Positions 50,187 to 59,087 of a stretch of 64,000 nt of DNA are shown here, piece by piece. Within the stretch, counting starts at the first letter, position 1, and every line of letters starts with the position of its first letter. Both the position numbers and the translations under genes were made by a program. Source of the DNA: a virus. Location: IMG/VR virus record IMGVR_UViG_3300025834_000005; one strand, given 5' to 3'. A model generated the notes under the pieces. The model did not search any database, had not been told where the DNA came from, and saw nothing but the letters and a program-made list of their open reading frames with translations.

Positions 50187-50200
50187 CGTTTACGTATAAC
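50172..50200 (+). promoter_or_regulatory. ECF-sigma-type promoter, N15 spacer
   Basis: Only copy with 15-nt spacer; next ATG 50216. Confidence 0.65.
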
Positions 50201-50215
50201 ATAGAAAATTAGATC

Positions 50216-50767
50216 ATGAAAATACGAGTTAAGTTTAAAGCAATTGGTTTAAGAGGCGAGATTGAGTATAAGAAAATGTCTTTTACTTGTCCTGACTTCA
50301 AGGAAATTGTGTATGAACACACACAAAGACTTAAAGGCATTCCATTGACTATTAATTTAAATACAACCGTTATATCACAGGTTGTTGATTGGCTTGATGA
50401 TATGGATAAAAAACAAATCATGGATGAAAATGATTGGCATGCTATCATCGACTATAATGTGATTGATAAGAAAGTAGCTAAGAAGAAAGGCGAATTAGCT
50501 CGTGTAAAAATGACCGCATTCGATTTAGCACAGACTGTTATCGTCAATAACGAGGTGATGTTAAATGATTTCGAAGTAACTTATAACAGAATGGCAGATG
50601 CAGTTAAAGGCTTGCCTCTTGAAAAACAATTCGAGATAGTTATCGGAGCTATGAACATCGGAATGGAAACGGCTACAATTGCTTACAGAAGAATATCTGC
50701 AATTCTCAATGATAAGAACCCTGATGATGTAACACTTACAACCACAAATATAATATCAAATTTATGA
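50216..50767 (+). CDS. hypothetical protein (183 aa)
   Basis: ORF track; promoter 50172. Confidence 0.75.
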   Translation: MKIRVKFKAIGLRGEIEYKKMSFTCPDFKEIVYEHTQRLKGIPLTINLNTTVISQVVDWLDDMDKKQIMDENDWHAIIDYNVIDKKVAKKKGELARVKMTAFDLAQTVIVNNEVMLNDFEVTYNRMADAVKGLPLEKQFEIVIGAMNIGMETATIAYRRISAILNDKNPDDVTLTTTNIISNL

Positions 50768-51192
50768 AAATAATTAAAGCATTTTACAAGAATCTAAATA
50801 TTCGAATCGGAATTATATTCCTGATCGCAACCATCGCACTTAGTTACAGCAGTGATTATATGCAATTTAAAGACAGAGCATGTGTGGTCGTCGATAAGAT
50901 GCAAACAGCTGGCGGTTATAAAGCATCGGGTCAGTTCATTCTTATATTGAAAGATGAACAGAACAGAACCTTTGATCGTTATGTCGCAGCATCAACATAC
51001 TCGCAAGCAATAGTTGGTAACATGTATAAATTCAATCTGAGAGAGTTCGATATCAAACAAACTCCAACGAACAATACAATATACTTTTTCGGATATTGCA
51101 CATTCTTAACAGTCACTATTGTATTTTTATTTTTAGGAATAGTACTTTGGGGTAATGAGGTGTATAATATGTATTACAAACCTAAGAAATAA
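50764..51192 (+). CDS. membrane protein, 2 TM (142 aa)
   Basis: IGIIFLIATIALSY and FFGYCTFLTVTIVFLFLGIVLW. Confidence 0.7.
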   Translation: MKIIKAFYKNLNIRIGIIFLIATIALSYSSDYMQFKDRACVVVDKMQTAGGYKASGQFILILKDEQNRTFDRYVAASTYSQAIVGNMYKFNLREFDIKQTPTNNTIYFFGYCTFLTVTIVFLFLGIVLWGNEVYNMYYKPKK

Positions 51193-51695
51193 TGGACAAG
51201 CAAATTACATTTGAGACTGCAAAACTGGCAGCAGAAAAGGGCATTACAAAGGCTTTCTTTCAACGTGATATGTTATCGTCGGATATGAGTCATATGTATC
51301 ATCCTGATGGCATGTATGGTGCTTATAATGACTATCATGAGTGTTTCAGAGTCTATGACCCTAAGAATCCTAATCAGACTGTCATACCTATGAAATATTC
51401 AGAGCTAACGCAATCCATGACCCAGACGAGATTGCAAACAATATTGCGAAATTATTATGATATTAATGTTGCGGTGTCATTTAAACCAAATACAAAAAAA
51501 TGGGATTTTATCACATACTCTATGTCATTGAATGGTAAAGAGTATACCGAGTATTATTACCAATATTACACAACACGAAAAGGCAGAGAGTACGATTCAT
51601 ATGAAGATGCTTTAGAAGAAGCTTTAAAAGAGGGAATTTCTTTATCAAAGGATTGTAACCTTTTCAAACCTTTTACGTATAACATAGAAAATTAG
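51192..51695 (+). CDS. paralog family A member 7 (167 aa)
   Basis: FETAKLAAEKGI...YEDALEEALKEGI; 3' end reads through promoter 51654. Confidence 0.7.
   Translation: MDKQITFETAKLAAEKGITKAFFQRDMLSSDMSHMYHPDGMYGAYNDYHECFRVYDPKNPNQTVIPMKYSELTQSMTQTRLQTILRNYYDINVAVSFKPNTKKWDFITYSMSLNGKEYTEYYYQYYTTRKGREYDSYEDALEEALKEGISLSKDCNLFKPFTYNIEN
51654..51683 (+). promoter_or_regulatory. ECF-sigma-type promoter (TGTAAC-N16-CGTATAAC repeat)
   Basis: Exact N16; lies inside 3' end of CDS 51192..51695; next ATG 51699. Confidence 0.7.
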
Positions 51696-51698
51696 ATC

Positions 51699-51953
51699 AT
51701 GTATACACAAATTACTGAAAACGGAGATTTAATTAAGATGGATTACAATGGTATGATCTTTACAACCTACAATATAAAGGGAATGATCATACCTGTAAAA
51801 TGTAATCATTGTGGCAAAGCTTACGACCTCGCAACAGCACGTATTAATCATAGATTTGCTGACTGCGACCAATTTACAACACCATGTTGTGGCTATCAGT
51901 TTGCAGATACACGAGAATATAAATCATTTAAAGATTTTGAACGTTTAAATTAA
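51699..51953 (+). CDS. Cys-rich protein (84 aa)
   Basis: CNHCGKAY...CDQFTTPCCGY. Confidence 0.65.
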   Translation: MYTQITENGDLIKMDYNGMIFTTYNIKGMIIPVKCNHCGKAYDLATARINHRFADCDQFTTPCCGYQFADTREYKSFKDFERLN

Positions 51954-51960
51954 AAATATC

Positions 51961-52263
51961 ATGGAAAAAATAAACATTTTAAATAAGCAGGGAATGCTTA
52001 CAGATGAAGATCGTTTAGAACCTTTCTTCCAAAGTTGTAGCTATTTTACTTTCGAAACCAACTTGGAGTTATCAATTCCTGTTAAGGTTACACCTCATGG
52101 CAATGGTGGAAAATATCCTTTGGATTGGTATTCACAAGACCTTGCAAGCTTTATTTGCTACTGGAAACATTTCGTAATGAAAGACTTGAATGGCTTCTCA
52201 GGATTCAGTCATGTGAAATTCGAATTAGTTAATTGTGAACTTGTTCAAACTACAAAGCCATGA
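51961..52263 (+). CDS. hypothetical protein (100 aa)
   Basis: ORF track; junction. Confidence 0.7.
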   Translation: MEKINILNKQGMLTDEDRLEPFFQSCSYFTFETNLELSIPVKVTPHGNGGKYPLDWYSQDLASFICYWKHFVMKDLNGFSGFSHVKFELVNCELVQTTKP

Positions 52264-52460
52264 AAACAGAATACATAAAGCATCGCAAATCTATATACAA
52301 TTCAATTACTACTCTTAAGGGTATTGTAAAAGATATGGCTAATTCATCATTCTTATCAAAAGAAGAGAAACAAGCGGCATTAAAGGTTGTTGAAGCTTTT
52401 GAAGCTTTACGTGCAGAATATTGTAAAATTCATATAAATGAATTAAATGAAAACATTTGA
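52260..52460 (+). CDS. hypothetical protein (66 aa)
   Basis: ORF track; ATGA overlap. Confidence 0.6.
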   Translation: MKTEYIKHRKSIYNSITTLKGIVKDMANSSFLSKEEKQAALKVVEAFEALRAEYCKIHINELNENI

Positions 52461-52884
52461 AGATACAAAGACTGAATTATTAGCTAAGGCTAAAGCTTGC
52501 GGAGCATGTAAAAAGCAGTATAGCAGAGCTAAGAAAGTCACAACCATTCGTGGACTGGCAAAGGTTGTGACCGATAATTGGGGCTTTGCATGTAGTCATC
52601 AGTTAATAACAGTGGAAATGCTTAATGCAATACCAACATCCAATGACCCAAGTACTTATAGGATATCGATATTACTTCAAAACATGCCAGAATTTATAGG
52701 TTATTATGATTTAGTTGATTTGACTGGCGGTAATCTTGATTATATTATAAGTGCTCAGCCTCATCTTATTGAATATTTTAAGGATGATTTATACAAGCTC
52801 GATAATTATGACATTCATAGTCTATTATTTGATCAGCCTCAACTTATCGCATATTTTCCCAATTATAAAAATCCATTATTCTGA
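52447..52884 (+). CDS. hypothetical protein (145 aa)
   Basis: ORF track. Confidence 0.7.
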   Translation: MKTFEDTKTELLAKAKACGACKKQYSRAKKVTTIRGLAKVVTDNWGFACSHQLITVEMLNAIPTSNDPSTYRISILLQNMPEFIGYYDLVDLTGGNLDYIISAQPHLIEYFKDDLYKLDNYDIHSLLFDQPQLIAYFPNYKNPLF

Positions 52885-53105
52885 TGAACGCAAAAGATTT
52901 AGAAAGCTTGACAAATGAGGAAATGAAAGACATCTTAAATAGAAGTGAGAAACCATTTCCTACAATCGTCCACGACTATGTTTATGGTAACGATAAGTTT
53001 ATACAAAAAACATTTAATGCAGACTCTTACAGTAGACTAAACAGGGTTATTAGAGTTGTACAAGCTATGGTAATCGTAAGATTTCAACAAGGACTTATTA
53101 ATTAA
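52884..53105 (+). CDS. hypothetical protein (73 aa)
   Basis: ORF track. Confidence 0.6.
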   Translation: MNAKDLESLTNEEMKDILNRSEKPFPTIVHDYVYGNDKFIQKTFNADSYSRLNRVIRVVQAMVIVRFQQGLIN

Positions 53106-53110
53106 AAGCC

Positions 53111-53713
53111 ATGAAAACAATCGCACAGTTAAGAAACAACTTAAGGTTTCACCCAGAGGAAATTAACAGTTCAATCAAATACTTCAAAGAGTTAAAGATT
53201 GATTGGAACGTTTATCTACCATCAAAAGGTTTTAATTTACAACGAGATTTCGTATGGACTCTCGATCAGAAACGTGAGATCATATGGTCTATTCTAATGA
53301 AAAGGCTTATTCCACGTATGGCAGTCATTTGTAATCATGATATGGTATATCAGATCATTGACGGTAAACAAAGATTATCAGCTATGATCGACTTTGTTGA
53401 TAACAAATATACTTTGCTGATTGATGGTAACGAGTACTATTTTTGTGACTTACCATTGGATTATCAACAGACTATCAGTAATTATTACTTTGCTTATTAC
53501 ATCGTGCATGAAGAATCATTAAGGTTTCCAATAACAGACGAAGATAAAATTGACTGGTTTAAGTTTATCAATTTTGCTGGCACTCCGCAAGAGTCTGAAC
53601 ATATGGATAAATTAACAGCTGTGAAAAAAGCGTGTGCTTACGGTGATCATTTTAACGCTGATAATGAGTGTCCTAAATTAATGAGTTGTTTTGATTGCGA
53701 TAAATTCAGATAA
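53111..53713 (+). CDS. DUF262 (ParB-like, GmrSD N-domain type) protein, copy 1 (200 aa)
   Basis: NLQRDFVW and IIDGKQRLSAMIDF motifs; C-term WFKFINFAGTPQ shared with copy 2. Confidence 0.65.
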   Translation: MKTIAQLRNNLRFHPEEINSSIKYFKELKIDWNVYLPSKGFNLQRDFVWTLDQKREIIWSILMKRLIPRMAVICNHDMVYQIIDGKQRLSAMIDFVDNKYTLLIDGNEYYFCDLPLDYQQTISNYYFAYYIVHEESLRFPITDEDKIDWFKFINFAGTPQESEHMDKLTAVKKACAYGDHFNADNECPKLMSCFDCDKFR

Positions 53714-53715
53714 GT

Positions 53716-53745
53716 TGTAACCTTTTCGATTCATTTACGTATAAT
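53716..53745 (+). promoter_or_regulatory. ECF-sigma-type promoter, variant -10 CGTATAAT
   Basis: Exact N16; next ATG 53764. Confidence 0.65.
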
Positions 53746-53763
53746 GTAGAAACATTCGAAGAT

Positions 53764-53931
53764 ATGCTTGAACTTGATACCGATTTAATCTCTGTTGATA
53801 ACGGAGAAATATTTGAAGGAACACGTGAACAGTTTGCAAACTGTTATTTCGACAATTCTACCAACGTCCAGATAGCCGACTGGTGCTATAGCAATGACTG
53901 GAAATTAGTAATTAACGGTTCGTTGATTTAA
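53764..53931 (+). CDS. small protein (55 aa)
   Basis: Own translation MLELDTDLISVDNGEIFEGTREQFANCYFDNS...; promoter 53716. Confidence 0.5.
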   Translation: MLELDTDLISVDNGEIFEGTREQFANCYFDNSTNVQIADWCYSNDWKLVINGSLI

Positions 53932-53932
53932 T

Positions 53933-53962
53933 TGTAACATTTTTTAATAAATTACGTATAAT
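53933..53962 (+). promoter_or_regulatory. ECF-sigma-type promoter, variant TGTAACA / CGTATAAT
   Basis: Exact N16; next ATG 53980. Confidence 0.55.
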
Positions 53963-53979
53963 AAATAAAATATAAAGCT

Positions 53980-54351
53980 ATGATAAAAAATTTCGAGGAA
54001 ATTACAGTTGGGTTGACAGCAAGGGAATTAAACATAATACCTATTTTTATTAAATTCATTTCGGATTACGATCAATCTAATCCGATTAAGGCATCTAAAA
54101 TTGTTGCAGCACTGGACGAGATTTTAGAGGCTCAGGGGTTGGGAATTAAGATGAATGAGGTGAGAGTACGTAAATGCTCCAATCACATCAGAACCAATTC
54201 TCTGCTACCTTTAATCGCAACGTCTAAAGGATATTTTGTGTCTTATGATCAGGACGTTATTGCCATGCAAATTCAGAGTTTATATGAACGTGCCGAAGCT
54301 GTAAATGCGTCGGCTGATGGATTATCACTATTTGTGAATAATAATAAATAA
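53980..54351 (+). CDS. hypothetical protein (123 aa)
   Basis: ORF track; promoter 53933. Confidence 0.7.
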   Translation: MIKNFEEITVGLTARELNIIPIFIKFISDYDQSNPIKASKIVAALDEILEAQGLGIKMNEVRVRKCSNHIRTNSLLPLIATSKGYFVSYDQDVIAMQIQSLYERAEAVNASADGLSLFVNNNK

Positions 54352-54908
54352 TGAATATTCTCAAACTATCACAGATTCGTAAGCCATTAAACTTTAAGGT
54401 TCAAATGGGAATCAGCATGGATATACATGATATGATTGATGGTCATTATGGGGACGTTATGGATTTTGATGTTTATTTACCGACAAAAGGAATGAATCTA
54501 CAACGTCCTTTGGTTTGGTCTGATGAACAGAAACAGGAATTTGTTATCTCAGTACTGAAAGGTATTGAGGTAGCATCTATTTCTGTCATAATTTATAGGG
54601 ATGATACCTTGAATAGTAATCATACTCGTCTCATTAAAGTTATTGATGGTAAGCAGAGAATAACAACGCTTATGTCCTTCATTCAAAATGAGTTTCCATT
54701 AGTCATTAATGGCGATAAGTATTTCTATAACGATATGGAAGATATAGCTAAGTCTGTTCTCAGATCATTTTGGTTTAGGAGTAACAGAGTTTATGAATAC
54801 CCTGACAAACTGATTTCAGATGATGATAAGATCGCTTGGTTTGAAATGATTAACTTTTCTGGAACACCACAAGATGTTGCTCACTTAAATAATTTGAAAA
54901 AAGTGTAA
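54351..54908 (+). CDS. DUF262 (ParB-like) protein, copy 2 (185 aa)
   Basis: NLQRPLVW and VIDGKQRITTLMSF; WFEMINFSGTPQ. Confidence 0.65.
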   Translation: MNILKLSQIRKPLNFKVQMGISMDIHDMIDGHYGDVMDFDVYLPTKGMNLQRPLVWSDEQKQEFVISVLKGIEVASISVIIYRDDTLNSNHTRLIKVIDGKQRITTLMSFIQNEFPLVINGDKYFYNDMEDIAKSVLRSFWFRSNRVYEYPDKLISDDDKIAWFEMINFSGTPQDVAHLNNLKKV

Positions 54909-54933
54909 CCTTTTGAATCCATCTACGTATAGC
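54904..54933 (+). promoter_or_regulatory. ECF-sigma-type promoter, variant -10 CGTATAGC
   Basis: Exact N16; next ATG 54957. Confidence 0.6.
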
Positions 54934-54956
54934 ATAGAAACATTAAATATATTCAT

Positions 54957-55226
54957 ATGAGAACGAACGGCGAAATTTTAAATGATGTAATTGACGCAGA
55001 AAGCAAGAGTATTCCAAAGGCTATGAGGTCTGACTTTCGGAGCAAAAGAGAATGCCCTGATCGGACGCTTGCGTTAAAAGCTATGATGGAACTTCGTGGA
55101 AAGATTAATTTAATCGCAAATGTTTATTGCGGAAAGTTCGACCCATCAACATTGGCTAAGCTAAGTCGTGAAGAGATCATTGAGCATATTGACGAATTCC
55201 ATGATTGGCTCGGAAACTTTAATTAA
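54957..55226 (+). CDS. hypothetical protein (89 aa)
   Basis: ORF track; promoter 54904. Confidence 0.7.
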   Translation: MRTNGEILNDVIDAESKSIPKAMRSDFRSKRECPDRTLALKAMMELRGKINLIANVYCGKFDPSTLAKLSREEIIEHIDEFHDWLGNFN

Positions 55227-55237
55227 AAATTATAAAT

Positions 55238-55639
55238 ATGATTCCAAATTATTCAGATGTATTCAAACTTCCATTGAAGTTGTATTACTCAAAAGTATTC
55301 TCAGATAATCGCATGGCATTTGATTTCGCCATGAAGATGTTATATAAGAATGCTGTTACATTGACACCCGAAATTCAAGAAACGATTGTATCAATTTTAA
55401 ATAAAGAGGATGCTGTGGTAGCTAATTTCAACGTGCCGACAGTATTCGCATATGAAAACGGCATCATCTATGTTTTTGATAATGATGGTAATAAACGTGA
55501 ATTTATCATTCTACGTGGATGGGGAATGCTCACAGGCACTGGTGGCGATTTACATTTAAAACCAGAGGATGCTGCTAAGATTCAGGATGATTTTGCTGAA
55601 TATATTATGTCAACATTGAAAGCCTTTAAAAATAAATGA
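55238..55639 (+). CDS. hypothetical protein (133 aa)
   Basis: ORF track; junction. Confidence 0.7.
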   Translation: MIPNYSDVFKLPLKLYYSKVFSDNRMAFDFAMKMLYKNAVTLTPEIQETIVSILNKEDAVVANFNVPTVFAYENGIIYVFDNDGNKREFIILRGWGMLTGTGGDLHLKPEDAAKIQDDFAEYIMSTLKAFKNK

Positions 55640-55765
55640 AAGCAACCACAGTAATCGAAGAAGCATTGGCTTTTGCGTGTCAGACTTAACTTTTGTTGAA
55701 AAGAGATACTATGGTTCAAGGCTATTAGTTGTAAAAACAATTTTAGAAACAAAATACAAATATTT

Positions 55766-55969
55766 ATGATAAAGATAGATTGTAAATACATAAAAGATAC
55801 TGTTGAGAACAGAGAAATTATGACAGAGAAATTCGGAAAAATTACTCCCTTTAGTGATTTCTCATACATTGAATTCAATCATATAACAAAAATATGGCGC
55901 ACATGTTTTATGATTGAATGGTTATACTGTGAACAGCCTGTTTTATCCAACATTAATGATTTAGTATAA
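55766..55969 (+). CDS. hypothetical protein (67 aa)
   Basis: ORF track. Confidence 0.55.
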   Translation: MIKIDCKYIKDTVENREIMTEKFGKITPFSDFSYIEFNHITKIWRTCFMIEWLYCEQPVLSNINDLV

Positions 55970-56268
55970 TGAGCTTTTTTAATTTATTTCCTTGGGATAA
56001 CGGAGTTGATCCATACTTCGTTAATGATGAAGGTTTTGAGTGGTATATCGATAAGGATATTACCGATTGGGCAACTAAAGATACTGACACTGGTATTAAA
56101 GGACTTAAAGGCGTCATGTGCTTTTTCGTAAAAAAAGGCGACGATATCAACAGGGTTTTAATTAACGATCAACAGCAGATACTTGCAGATGATCGCAGCC
56201 TTGAACAGATATGCGTAAAGATCGACTTAATGAAGATCGTAAAAAATTATGAATTACATGAAAAATAA
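55969..56268 (+). CDS. hypothetical protein (99 aa)
   Basis: ORF track. Confidence 0.65.
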   Translation: MSFFNLFPWDNGVDPYFVNDEGFEWYIDKDITDWATKDTDTGIKGLKGVMCFFVKKGDDINRVLINDQQQILADDRSLEQICVKIDLMKIVKNYELHEK

Positions 56269-56271
56269 ATT

Positions 56272-56685
56272 ATGAAAGCATTTAAAGCATGGATTAATCA
56301 TCTGGTATTAAAATATGTCGGAAGAATTGAATATGTCGTCACATCAGTTCATGTAAGTGGAAGCGTTGATGTCGGAAATTACAGCACATTAAAAGACGTT
56401 AATGCGTTTGTGAATGACATTAATACTGACAGGTATTGGGACGTCCAGAAAATAGAAAAGTTCAGAAGATATGATTTCAAATATCATAAGGAAGTTTTAC
56501 ATTCGCCAATGCACTTTCGTATTGAAAATGTGACTGAAATGGAAACACTCAACACTTATGCTTTTTGTTTTTTACTGAAACATAAAAGCTTAACAAACAC
56601 TCGCCGTGTTAGTTCGAAGAATGCTATAGACGAAGAAACCTTCCTGAATAAAGATTTCAGCGAGGTTACCAACCAATTTTTGTAA
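56272..56685 (+). CDS. hypothetical protein (137 aa)
   Basis: ORF track; stop inside TGTAAC. Confidence 0.7.
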   Translation: MKAFKAWINHLVLKYVGRIEYVVTSVHVSGSVDVGNYSTLKDVNAFVNDINTDRYWDVQKIEKFRRYDFKYHKEVLHSPMHFRIENVTEMETLNTYAFCFLLKHKSLTNTRRVSSKNAIDEETFLNKDFSEVTNQFL

Positions 56686-56710
56686 CCTTTTTATTTCATT
56701 TACGTATAAC
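56681..56710 (+). promoter_or_regulatory. ECF-sigma-type promoter (TGTAAC-N16-CGTATAAC repeat)
   Basis: Exact N16; next ATG 56725. Confidence 0.7.
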
Positions 56711-56724
56711 TAAGAAAATAATAT

Positions 56725-57021
56725 ATGAACCTGATCGACGAAATTAATAAAGCTGGAATCGAAAACTGTATGTTTTTAGTTCCAATGAAGCCTGTTCAAA
56801 CTGTATTCGGTTTGATATCGTATACAAGTAGTTCAGACCCTGACGTTATCGTACCTGCAAAAATTACTGAGGAACGATATAAGTTAAGGGAAAATTACAA
56901 AATAACCCTGAAATCTATATATCTGCACTTCGGGAAACAACATTTTTATGTCTCCGATTTGAGAATGATGATCGAAAGTGGTACTATTGAGTTCTTTGTG
57001 AAACCAAACATAAGCGAATAG
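56725..57021 (+). CDS. hypothetical protein (98 aa)
   Basis: ORF track; promoter 56681. Confidence 0.7.
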   Translation: MNLIDEINKAGIENCMFLVPMKPVQTVFGLISYTSSSDPDVIVPAKITEERYKLRENYKITLKSIYLHFGKQHFYVSDLRMMIESGTIEFFVKPNISE

Positions 57022-57023
57022 CA

Positions 57024-57209
57024 ATGGCTGAGATTAACAACAAAGACGATTTCTCAAAAGAAGAAGCTAAATTCATGTATGATATGCTTCATAAAAATTA
57101 TCATGAGGCTGAGCGTATGTTAAAAACATTAACATTCACCAACTCTGAGCGTGAGATTACAGAAGCACGAAAAGCAATGTCATTTATCTTAATGAATAAA
57201 GTTCGATAG
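57024..57209 (+). CDS. hypothetical protein (61 aa)
   Basis: ORF track. Confidence 0.6.
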   Translation: MAEINNKDDFSKEEAKFMYDMLHKNYHEAERMLKTLTFTNSEREITEARKAMSFILMNKVR

Positions 57210-57210
57210 T

Positions 57211-57612
57211 ATGAAACTACAGGTATACGGCTACGATGGCTACGGTTATCTTTACAAAGGTATTCTTTACAAGGTTTGGAAAGTAGAGAAAAGTTACAAT
57301 GCCACTACATTCGAATGGTATATTAAATGTAATGATAATGACGGTACAGATGTTCTCGATGAAAGAGTTGGAAGTCATTCTTATACAAGCAGAGGTGCTG
57401 CTATTGATAATGCTAAGTATTATATTGATAAATACCTGACAAGGATTTCGCTTGTATATCCAAACCCTGTTGACTTTGGCTTCACTGACTATAATGATGC
57501 TATGGCTATTGACACCAGACTCAACAGTCTTGATAGACATGCCAGAAAGAATGCCTTTAGCTTGGCATTATTTAGATGGATGGAGCAAGAAATGAAAAAG
57601 AAGGAATTATGA
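57211..57612 (+). CDS. hypothetical protein (133 aa)
   Basis: ORF track. Confidence 0.7.
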   Translation: MKLQVYGYDGYGYLYKGILYKVWKVEKSYNATTFEWYIKCNDNDGTDVLDERVGSHSYTSRGAAIDNAKYYIDKYLTRISLVYPNPVDFGFTDYNDAMAIDTRLNSLDRHARKNAFSLALFRWMEQEMKKKEL

Positions 57613-57782
57613 AGCCATACGGTAGAGAGAAAAAATTGCAAGGCTTTGGTAAATGGAAGACTGACGTTCACCCACCAAAGGGACTTGTTAACTGGTGGGA
57701 AAATATATGTGAAGTTCTCTCTCGTGGGAGAATGAAGCAGATTACAAAAAAAGAAATTGATCGTGAAATAAACGACAAATAA
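57609..57782 (+). CDS. small basic protein (57 aa)
   Basis: Track ORF trimmed to MKPYGREKKL (ATGA overlap). Confidence 0.5.
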   Translation: MKPYGREKKLQGFGKWKTDVHPPKGLVNWWENICEVLSRGRMKQITKKEIDREINDK

Positions 57783-57800
57783 GTTGTAACCTTATTTGTC
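57774..57800 (+). terminator. hairpin with -35 TTGTAAC as loop
   Basis: GACAAATAAG / CTTATTTGTC perfect 10 bp. Confidence 0.6.
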
Positions 57801-57814
57801 GTTTTTCGTATAAC
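57785..57814 (+). promoter_or_regulatory. ECF-sigma-type promoter (TGTAAC-N16-CGTATAAC repeat)
   Basis: Exact N16; -35 in loop of perfect 10-bp hairpin; next ATG 57831. Confidence 0.7.
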
Positions 57815-57830
57815 TAAGAAAATATCATCA

Positions 57831-58112
57831 ATGAAAAATTCAAAGACAGTTGTTAAAGGCGATAAGACTTTTGTTTACACCTTAGTTAAAGGTGCTATAA
57901 AGGAACATGACTTTGTGGTATCTAAACGTTACTTCGAACTGATGGATGAAAACGGAATGTTTTTAGCTCGAATCATAGACAGACTATGTCCCATTGAAAT
58001 CATTGAGGTAAAAATGTATAACGGAGAATTAGCAGCTAATTGGTATATTGGAGAATCATTAACAAAACGATGTTCAATTGTGAACGTTGAAATATTGCAC
58101 AATAAACTGTAA
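57831..58112 (+). CDS. hypothetical protein (93 aa)
   Basis: ORF track; promoter 57785. Confidence 0.7.
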   Translation: MKNSKTVVKGDKTFVYTLVKGAIKEHDFVVSKRYFELMDENGMFLARIIDRLCPIEIIEVKMYNGELAANWYIGESLTKRCSIVNVEILHNKL

Positions 58113-58137
58113 CCTTTATATTTCATTTACGTATAAC
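58108..58137 (+). promoter_or_regulatory. ECF-sigma-type promoter (TGTAAC-N16-CGTATAAC repeat)
   Basis: Exact N16; next ATG 58153. Confidence 0.7.
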
Positions 58138-58152
58138 TCAAAAAATATTTAC

Positions 58153-58608
58153 ATGAAAGCATTTAACACTTGCGAAATGAGAAAAATTGAGGAAATTGAA
58201 GATATTATAGAATCATTGCCGAAGCCATTAAAAAGGAAATTCTTAAGAGGTATCTCGACATTCTATCTCGCTACACGTGATCAATTAAAGAACATGATTG
58301 AAAATGAAGCTTTTTACATTCGCTACGACGGCGATAGAATTGCCACAACTATTTTCATTTACGGCATATATGAAGCTTTAGGTATCAATGATAAGGAAAT
58401 TGAAAAGCACTGGAAACATGTAAGGAAAGCACAAGCAGAACTACACTGGTCTTACTCAGCTATGGCTAAGAATCCACGACAGGATAATAAAGACAGTCTT
58501 AATCATGGTAATGGTCAATGTAATGCTTATTCGCTTCGGCGTCCAAAACTATGTAGGAAAACTGCATGGAAACGATTTTACAAATTATTCCCACGTTTAA
58601 AAAAATAA
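58153..58608 (+). CDS. hypothetical protein (151 aa)
   Basis: ORF track trimmed to MKAFNTCEM after promoter 58108. Confidence 0.7.
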   Translation: MKAFNTCEMRKIEEIEDIIESLPKPLKRKFLRGISTFYLATRDQLKNMIENEAFYIRYDGDRIATTIFIYGIYEALGINDKEIEKHWKHVRKAQAELHWSYSAMAKNPRQDNKDSLNHGNGQCNAYSLRRPKLCRKTAWKRFYKLFPRLKK

Positions 58609-58610
58609 TT

Positions 58611-58889
58611 ATGAAAGCAAAATTATTAAAAATAGTCCGCAAGCGATACTCTATTAAGAAGATTGTCGAAGTTACCAATCCTGATTCGAATTATCGTTTT
58701 TGTAAAACATTTCCGTTTTGGGCAATTTACGAAGAAGGTAAACTTAGTTTCGATTGCTGGAATAAAGCATTAGTATTCGAGAGCTACGAATTTGCGTATA
58801 AAAAATTGGTAACAGTTATCCATAATACATATTACACGAAGATAAAGGGCGATGACGATAAGATCGAAAAGGTCTGGTGGAATAAATAA
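58611..58889 (+). CDS. hypothetical protein (92 aa)
   Basis: ORF track trimmed to MKAKLLKIV. Confidence 0.65.
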   Translation: MKAKLLKIVRKRYSIKKIVEVTNPDSNYRFCKTFPFWAIYEEGKLSFDCWNKALVFESYEFAYKKLVTVIHNTYYTKIKGDDDKIEKVWWNK

Positions 58890-58909
58890 TAACTTTTAAT
58901 TAAAAATAC

Positions 58910-59086
58910 ATGAAATCAATTCTTTTTATAATCTGGATGTTACTAACACTTGTGTTGGTAGCGAGTATCGTAGGCATGCTATTATTAGCACCTCAAACAT
59001 TTTTAGCCGCTGATAATAAGCCATCAACATGGATGTTTATGGGCAGAGCATTATTAGCAAGTATCTTATCTGATGATTTAAAATAA
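58910..59086 (+). CDS. small membrane protein (58 aa)
   Basis: Own translation MKSILFIIWMLLTLVLVASIVGMLLLAPQTF...; palindrome junction. Confidence 0.5.
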   Translation: MKSILFIIWMLLTLVLVASIVGMLLLAPQTFLAADNKPSTWMFMGRALLASILSDDLK

Positions 59087-59087
59087 T

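Noticed and set aside
55640-55765. TTGTAAAAACAATTTTAGAAACAAAA upstream of CDS 55766, as a possible degenerate promoter.
   Set aside because: It lacks both the GTAACC core and the CGTA -10 element. The resemblance is limited to A-rich leader-like sequence.
4763-58152. N-terminal extensions of track ORFs containing the peptide FTYNIETN or its variants. Examples are the track ORFs starting at 4763, 7663, 9438, 12798, 13456, 14488, 21212 and 58087.
   Set aside because: The peptide is simply the translation of the promoter repeat TTTACGTATAACATAGAAACAAAC. Starts were moved to the first ATG downstream of the promoter.
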